NCBI GenBank assembly: GCA_951406725.2
Contig: OX597835.1
Span: 37,634,001-37,698,000 of the forward strand
Reading direction: 5' to 3'
Source: Octopus vulgaris
Lineage: Eukaryota
DNA length: 64,000 nt
In this document: positions 52,806-64,000 of the stretch, one piece after another
How positions within the stretch are numbered: the stretch's first letter is position 1
How the letters are laid out: each line of letters opens with the position of its first letter
The notes under the pieces: generated by a model
Told to the model about the DNA's origin: nothing
What the model saw: only the letters and a program-made list of their open reading frames with translations
Database searches by the model: none
Position numbers and translations under genes: made by a program

Positions 52806-54499
52806 TTCACCACCACCATCATCACCACCACCATCATTATCATCATCCTCATTATCATCACCTTCACTATCATCATCTCCACCAACACCACCACCACCAC
52901 CACCACCACCACCACGACCATCATCATCATCACCACCACCATCATCACCACTATCATCATCATTATCATCCTCATTATCATCACCTTCACCATCATCATC
53001 TCCATTTCCACCACCACCACCACCACCATCATCATCAACATTATCATCATCTTCATCGTCATCATCACCATTGTTACCATTTAACACCTGTGTTCCATGC
53101 TGGCATGTACATAGCTGCTAACTCACTAGAAATAGCAGGTTAAGGAACCCCCTCAACTCTTATTCAAATCTCACCCTACAAGACCATGTAGTTCTGGATA
53201 TGTACAAGAGAAACAAAAAAAACCCCACTTCAAAGCTGGTAGAACTCTGACCAAATGTCTGCCAGAGTGGCACTGACCCCAGGATAAACTGTCACCATGG
53301 CAATGGCATCAACAACTAAAACGAGAATACTACAAAAGTGATTGGCAAGATTGTTCCGGAACAGATTTAGAACAAGAACACACCATGTCCTGCTTCTTCT
53401 CTGGAAGACACTTCTCAATCATCTAGGATTATTGCTTCCAGCTATGGCCACCTCTTAGCGCTAAAATTACTGTTGCATTGGAAGCCGTCCAACAGCATCG
53501 GTTTATGCGTCTTTGTTCATGAGTGTGGATGTGTGTATATGTGTGTGCACATATTTTTGTGCGTGTATGTATATGTATGTGTTCGTGCATGTATGTATAT
53601 GTATGTGTCTGTGCATGTGTGTGTGAGTATTTTTGAGCATGTGTGCATATGTCTGTGTGTATATATCTGTGTTTTGTGCCTCTCTGTGTGTGTATATGTC
53701 TTTTCGTGTGTGTATGTATTTTTAGCTATGTGTGTGCATTTCTGTGCATGTGTGTGCATGTCTATGTTCATGTATATGTGTGTGTATACATATATTTTTG
53801 TGCATCTGTGTATTTGCCTCTGTTTGTGTATATGTGTCGGAATGTGTCTGTGAGTGTTTCATGTGTTTATGAGCATGTGTATGTGTGTGTGTGCAATTGT
53901 GTGTTAGTGTGTATATAAATATATATCTTTATCAATGTATATATATATCTAGGTACACTTGTACTTCTCATTTTACATATGCTTGTGTGTGTGTGTGTGT
54001 GTGTGTATGCGTAAGTATGTGCACACGTGTGTGCATGCGAGTGTTCATGTGTGTTTCGGTATGACTCTGCATGCGAGCAAGTGTGTGTGTGTGTCTAAGT
54101 ACATATGCATGTGTGTGTGTGTGTGTGTCTCTCTGCCTATATCTATGTATTTGTAAATGTGTATGACTCTGTGCATGTGTTTGTACATGATAGCATGCAT
54201 GTGCATATGTGTGTATTGCGCGATCTGTATTAGTGTGTGTGTGTGTATATGAACATGTGCTTGTTTTATGTCTATGTTTGTGTGCGAGGAAGTGTTTGTA
54301 TGCATTAGCATGATGTGTGTGTGTGTGTGTATGTGTATGAGCATATAATTATGTACGTTTGTGTCTGTGTGCACGTGTGTGTGTGTGTGTTTGTGTTTGT
54401 CCATATGTATGTTTGTGTACTTGTGTGTCTATGTGCATGTTTCTGTTTTCTTCAGGCATGTGCCTGTCTGTCATCATCGTTGATGGCGTTGTGATCTGT

Positions 54500-55208
54500 C
54501 GTTACGTTCCGAGTTCAAATTCCGCCGAGGTCGACTTTGCCTTTCATCCTTTCGGGGTCGATAATTCAAGTACCAGTTATGCACTGGGGTCAATGTAATC
54601 GACTTAATCCCTTTGTCTGTCCTTGTTTGTGCCCTCTCTGTGTTTAGCCCCTTGAGGGTAATAAAGAAATATATATATATATATATATATATATAATGTA
54701 TGTATGTATTTGTGTGTCTGTGTTTGTTCCCTCATCATTGCTTGACACCAATGTTGGTGTGTTTATGTCCCCCTAAAACAAGTAAAAATAAAAGACACAA
54801 TATCTGCATCAGTTTGTATTGCTGGCACGTCTGTGTGGTAAGAAGCTTCCTTCCCAACCACAGGGTTCCAGTTTCAGTCCTACTGAGTGGCACCTTGGGG
54901 CAGTGTCTTTGGACTGGCCAAAACCGTGTGAGTGGATTTGGTAGGTGGAAACTGAAAGAAGCCCATCGTATATTTATGTGTTTATGTGAGTGTCTTTGTG
55001 TTGTGTTTGTCCCCCAGCCATTGCTTGACAACCGATATTGTTGTTTACGTCCTCATAACCTAGCAGTCCAGCAAAAGAGACCAATAGAATAAATACTAAG
55101 CTTACAAAGAATAAGTCCTGGGTGCAATTGCTTCAACTAAAACCCATTACGGTGGTGCTCCAGCATGGCTGCAGTCAAAATGTTTGAAACAACTAACAGA
55201 ATAAAAGA
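54500..55208 (+). mobile_element. SINE B (54500-54670) followed by decayed SINE A copies
   Basis: Family-diagnostic motifs present. Confidence 0.65.
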
Positions 55209-55249
55209 ACACCTGTTTGAGGTTATGTCTGTGTAGATATATGTGTGGT

Positions 55250-58735
<3,486 letters not shown>

Positions 58736-58737
58736 CA

Positions 58738-59131
58738 TCTATATACACAACAAATGCTGCTTTAATGATGAAGGAAATAAACTAAACTCTCTTAGCTTCG
58801 TGAAATAATGGTTTCTCAAATTGTCACAAAGATAAAAATGTACAATGGCTGGTTATAGTCCATGGTACACACCCCAGAGATACGACTGGTATCAGTTAGG
58901 TATAGCACAAAGATACAAATTTATGAATTTGCCTCTCATTAACCTCCGACAACCTCTCTCACCAACCTCCGACAATCTCTCCCTCCTCCAGCTGACAGTG
59001 TTTTGTACTTTTCTGTGACGGAAAATACACCTTTTGTGGCAGTTGTAATGAAATTGCTTTCTTATATCAGACTAATAAGGCATTTCAATAGAACATCTTA
59101 ACCCCCAGGAATTACCAGGTGCACCAGCTAG
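58738..59131 (+). mobile_element. Possible old non-autonomous Helitron
   Basis: A|TCTATATAC start; decayed GC-rich hairpin and CTAG|T end. Confidence 0.45.
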
Positions 59132-59178
<47 letters not shown>

Positions 59179-59183
59179 ATATA

Positions 59184-59382
59184 CATGATAGATTGTTAGC
59201 CACTACACACATTTTTTTTCTCTCCTTGTTTCTCTCCTTGTTTTTCTCTGTGTCCCTCTCTGTAGAAGAGCATAGGCTCGAAACGTAAAAGACTTTTTCT
59301 GTTCCTGAGCGTTATACTAATACATCTGTTTGTTTTGTACACCACCTGTCTTTGTCTTTTGTTTTTTTTGTAAACTCTCCCT
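59184..59382 (+). mobile_element. Family H1 element with hammerhead-like motif at 59252-59293
   Basis: CTGTAGA(59260-59266)-A-GAGC atag GCTC-GAAA(59280-59283)-CGT-A-AAAGAC. Confidence 0.7.
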
Positions 59383-59399
59383 ATATATATATTATATAC

Positions 59400-59740
59400 A
59401 AGGCACATGGCTCTGGTTTGTACATTGGACTCACAATCATGAGGTAATGAGTTCAATTCTCAGCCAGAACTGTGTACTGTGTTCTTGAGCAAGACACTTT
59501 ATTTCATGCTGCTCCAGCTCACTCAGCTGTAGAAATAGATTGCGGTGTCACTGGTGCCAAGCTGCATCGACCTTTGCCTTTTCCTTGGATAACATCAGTG
59601 GCATGGAGACGGGAATCTGGCATTAATGGGCGACTGCTAGTCTACCATGAACAATCTTGCTTGGACTTGTGACTTGGAGGGGAAGTTTCTAGGTGCAATC
59701 CCATGGTCATTTATGACCAAAGGTGGTCTCTACCCTTTTT
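59400..59740 (+). mobile_element. SINE family D, uninterrupted
   Basis: tRNA-like head, CTTGAGCAAGACACTT domain, ends TACCCTTTT. Confidence 0.65.
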
Positions 59741-59854
59741 ACACACACACACACACATATGCATGCATATCTGCATACATACATACACACACACACACAC
59801 AAACATGCACATATATGTGTGTGTTGATACACACACACACACACATATATATAT

Positions 59855-60010
59855 GGAGAGTTTACGAAAAAACAAAAGACAAAGACAGGTGGTGTACAAA
59901 ACAAACAGATGTATTTGTATAATGCTCAGGAATAGAAAAAGTCTTTTACGTTTCGTGCCTACACTCTTCTACAGAAAGGGACACAGAAAAAAACAAGGAG
60001 AGAAATAAGG
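59855..60010 (-). mobile_element. Family H1 element, truncated
   Basis: CTTT-CTGTAGA-A-GAGT gtag GCAC-GAAA-CGT-A-AAAGAC. Confidence 0.65.
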
Positions 60011-60064
<54 letters not shown>

Positions 60065-60299
60065 TTAGAGACAAAACCACTATTTTGCAAATCAAACAAA
60101 GAAAGACTTAATCAATACATAAAAAAATTTTAATATAAAGTATAAAGTATTTTTTTATGTATTGATTATGTCTTTCCTTGTTTGATTTGCAAAATAGTGG
60201 TTTTGTCTCTAATTAATATTATATAATATTTTACTATAAAATTGGATTCAATCCTAAATCTGATTTTTCCCTGTAAATTTGGATTTATTCCCTAATATT

Positions 60300-60341
<42 letters not shown>

Positions 60342-60882
60342 CACATGATTGACCAGACTACTGGATGTTGTTGTATCACTGGTCAGTCACAATATACTTT
60401 GTATTGTTTTACCTTTTGAATGATGCCACCCCACTGGCTAAGTGGATGAGCAGGCCAGCATTCCTCCCACCCCCCTGATATGAAGGCTATCCTGTCACAG
60501 GTTTACAGCTGAATTGAATGGAACAACTTGAAATACAGGCATTGTGCTTCAAGAACACATTGTGCTGCTTGGTCTGGAAATCAAACCCACGATCTGACAA
60601 TCGTGAGTGCAACACGTTAATCATGGGGTCACATACATTTACATACCATCATCATCATCATCCTTTAACTTATGCTCTCCATGCTGGCACAGGTTGGACA
60701 GTTTCGCCAAGGACTGGAAACCCAGTAGGCTGCACCTTGCTCCAATCTGGCCTGGCATGGGTTAGACAGTTTGACTGGAACTGGTAAACCAGCTGTACCA
60801 GGTTCAAGTCTGATTTGGCATGGTTTCTACAGCTGGATGTCCTTCCTAACACCAACCACTCGAAGAGTGTAACGGGTGTTTG

Positions 60883-60951
<69 letters not shown>

Positions 60952-60956
<5 letters not shown>

Positions 60957-61565
60957 TAAAAACGGTAAGATAACAAAAGAAAGAAAGAGACCTCAATATT
61001 ATGTAAATAGAGGAAATTTATCTGTAAATTAATATGTTACCATTATTCAATAGCCAAGATAAAACTCTGAGTTTCGGATACCGAAGTGGATTTTTATCTT
61101 GGCTATTGAATAATGGCAACATATTAATTTACATACCAGTGCCGGTGGCATGTCGAAACTCTGCTTGTGAAGACCCATTGAGGCAAGTGAGGATCAGGAT
61201 CAGAATCGAAATCGATCAATGGAAATTGCAGATGTGTTACCAGTGCCGGTGGCATGTAAGAGAACTTTCCGTTTCACGAACGTTGCCAGCACCGCCCCGT
61301 TTCGTGTCCGTTGCCAGCCTCGCCTGGCCCTCGTGCCGGTGGCACATAAAAAGCACCATCCGTTCATGGCCGTTTGCCAGCTCTGTCTGGCACCAGTGCG
61401 GGTGGCACGTAAAAAGCACCCACTACACTCACGGAGTGGTTGGCGTTAGGAAGGGCATCCAGCCGTAGAAACACTGCCAGATTTGACTGGGCCTGATGAA
61501 GCCTTCTGGCTTCACAGACCCCAGTAGAACGTCCAACCCATGCTAGCATGGAAAACGGACGCTAA

Positions 61566-61600
<35 letters not shown>

Positions 61601-61882
61601 ATATATTTATATATATATATATATATTTATCATTTATATATCTGTAAATGTAATATGTGACAATTATTCGGTAGCCATGATAAAACTTTAAGATTTGGAT
61701 GTTGGGGTGGAAATCCACACTGCCATCTCTTTGGTTATCTGTGAATTTCCGCCCCAACATCCGAAACTTAGAGTTTTATCATGGCTACGAATAATTGTCA
61801 CATATTACATTTACAGATAAATTTCCTCTATTTACATAATATCGAGGTCTCTTTCTTTCTTTTGTTGTCTTACCGTTTCTAT

Positions 61883-61886
<4 letters not shown>
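60952..61886. mobile_element. Two fold-back pieces of family H4 (60952-61133 and 61640-61886) separated by a family C element (61135-61598)
   Basis: Inverted arms around ~61085 and ~61730; CCGAAACT(T/C)AGAGTTTTATC in the arms. Confidence 0.65.
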
Positions 61887-61923
<37 letters not shown>

Positions 61924-62000
61924 TGCAGAGTGGAAGGTGCTTATAAGACATTTAAGAAACACACAAAAACCGTTAGATTCATTCCAACATTTAAATTTAA

Positions 62001-62051
62001 TTTGTCAAAATATTTTTGTCGCTTTGAGACCACAACCTGTTCACTGACAAA
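62001..62051 (-). ncRNA. Type I hammerhead-like motif with G3-C8 swap and G12A, within fold-back 61921-62175
   Basis: TTTGTCA-GTGAACA-G-GTTGT ggtctcaaa GCGAC-AAAA-ATATT-T-TGACAAA: 7 bp stem I, palindromic stem III AATATT. Confidence 0.55.
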
Positions 62052-62323
62052 ACTTTGTGCTGCATCTCAATGAACAGGTCATGGTCTCAAAGCGACAAAA
62101 ATATTTTGACAAATTAAATTTAAATGTTGGAATGAATCTAACGGTTTTTGTGTATTTCTTAAATGGCTTATAAATGCTGGAGCACCACTAGTAAGACTAG
62201 TATTTACTCTGTTGGTCTCTTTTGCTGAAATGCTAAGTTACAGGGATATAAACATGCCAACACTGGTTGTCAAGTGATACTGTGGGGACAAATACAGACA
62301 CAGACACACTCATAAATATATAC

Positions 62324-62370
<47 letters not shown>

Positions 62371-62372
<2 letters not shown>

Positions 62373-62890
62373 CGCAGGAGTGGCTGTGTGGTAAGTAGCT
62401 TGTTTACCAACCACATGGTTCCGGGTTCAGTCCCACTGCATGGCACCATGGGCAAGTGTCTTCTGCTATAGCCTCGGGCCAACCAAAGCCTTGTGAGTGG
62501 ATTTGGTAGACAGAAACTGAAAGAAGCCTGTCGTATATATGTATATATATATATGTGTGTGTGTGTACGTGTATGTTTGTGTGTCTGTGTTTATCCCCCC
62601 AGCATTGCTTGACAACCGATGCTGGTGTGTTTATGTCCCCGTCACTTAGTGGTTCAGCAAAAGAGACTGATAGAACAAGTAAAAGAGTAAAAGAGTATAT
62701 ATATATACATATATATATATATATCTGTGATAGGTTTCTTTCAGTTTTCATCTACCAGTTTCACTCACAAGCCTTTGGTTGGCCAGAGGCTTTAGTAGAA
62801 GACATTTGCCCAAGATGCCATGCAGTGGAACTGAACCCAGAACCATGTGGTTGGGAAGCAAGCTTCTTACCATACAGCCACGCTTGTGCT
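62371..62890. mobile_element. SINE A (+, 62371-62695) and an inverted SINE A 5' half (-, 62735-62890)
   Basis: Family-diagnostic motifs present. Confidence 0.8.
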
Positions 62891-63367
62891 TATTAAAGAA
62901 GTGATTCAGAAGATTGGACAGAGTGTGTGGGTAGGTAGGTGAGTTTGTGAGAGTAAGAAGGAAGAGCGATGGCCAGAGAGGAATGCAGAGTGTGATGAAG
63001 ACGGTGGGGATATCAGATCAGTTGGAGGGGGAAGGTGGAGGAAACAGGTTGGGTCTGAGAAGTAACAAATGGCAGTAAGGATGATGTGAAGTTTGTAGGG
63101 TTGGTGGTGTGTGAGAGAGATGCACAGTGCCTGGGATGAAGTTAGAGGTACATGAGGGAGGAAATGGTGGAAGATGAATAAAGGTAATGGGAGGAGACCT
63201 GCTTCTAGCAAGATGACAGGGTGGAGGGGTGTACAGAGAAAAGGGTGGTGGAAAGAGCATTCAGTGGAAATTTCTGATGCATATATATATACATATATAT
63301 ATAAACATATATATGTATATATAAACACATATATATATATACATATATATAAACACATATATATATA

Positions 63368-63402
<35 letters not shown>

Positions 63403-63693
63403 ATATATACATATGTGTGTGTATGTGTTAGTGTGTGTTGGTGTGTACATGCGTGTATGGGTGTGTGTGCATATGTAGGTATATATGTGTATATGATGGA
63501 GATGCCCTCTGGGTAGGTGAGGTAGACATTGCTTATTCAGCTTTAATGTATAAACATTCATTATTAAATATAAAAGTAAATAATCTTGCATGCCTTTCAA
63601 ACTCAGTATACATACATATATATATACATACATACATGCATTTATATATATACATATATATATACATACATACATGCATTTATATATATATAC

Positions 63694-63761
<68 letters not shown>

Positions 63762-64000
63762 TATATATGTATGCATGTATACATACATATACATGTGTGT
63801 GTGTGTGTGTGTGTATATACATATGTATATATTTATATATACATATATACTTGTATATATATGTATATGCATGTATATACATATATATATATATATAATA
63901 TACATATATGCATATACATATACGTATAATTATGTATGTATATACACATCTATATAAATACATATAAATGCATATACATATACGTATAATTATGCATGTA

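Noticed and set aside
62906-63280. Purine-rich stretch, possibly a decayed Penelope RT on the minus strand
   Set aside because: Similarity too faint to support by eye

Overview
Repeat-saturated, AT-rich animal genomic DNA, largely intronic or intergenic. The SINE families and microsatellite load point to a cephalopod, probably Octopus (inference). Almost all ORF-track entries are microsatellite artefacts. Supportable host-gene signal is limited to one HEATR4-like internal exon (+, 47130-47324), a candidate SOCS-box-like exon (-, 21792-22032) and a weak candidate terminal exon (+, 720-880). The rest is tRNA-derived SINEs, decayed RTE, CR1-like, R4/Dong-like and Penelope-like retroelements, mariner remnants, Helitrons and a MITE. 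The main finding is a set of at least 7 distinct short non-coding element families, mostly in or beside (TA)n tracts and often folded back on themselves, that carry type I hammerhead ribozyme motifs. These include a partial-tandem plus inverted array at 24.6-25.95 kb with canonical hammerheads 583 nt apart (retrozyme-like). All three 3:8 core-pair variants occur (C3-G8, U3-A8, G3-C8), and one five-copy family has a fixed A6U core change. Everything was read by eye without databases or folding software; repeat boundaries are approximate and ribozyme activity is untested.
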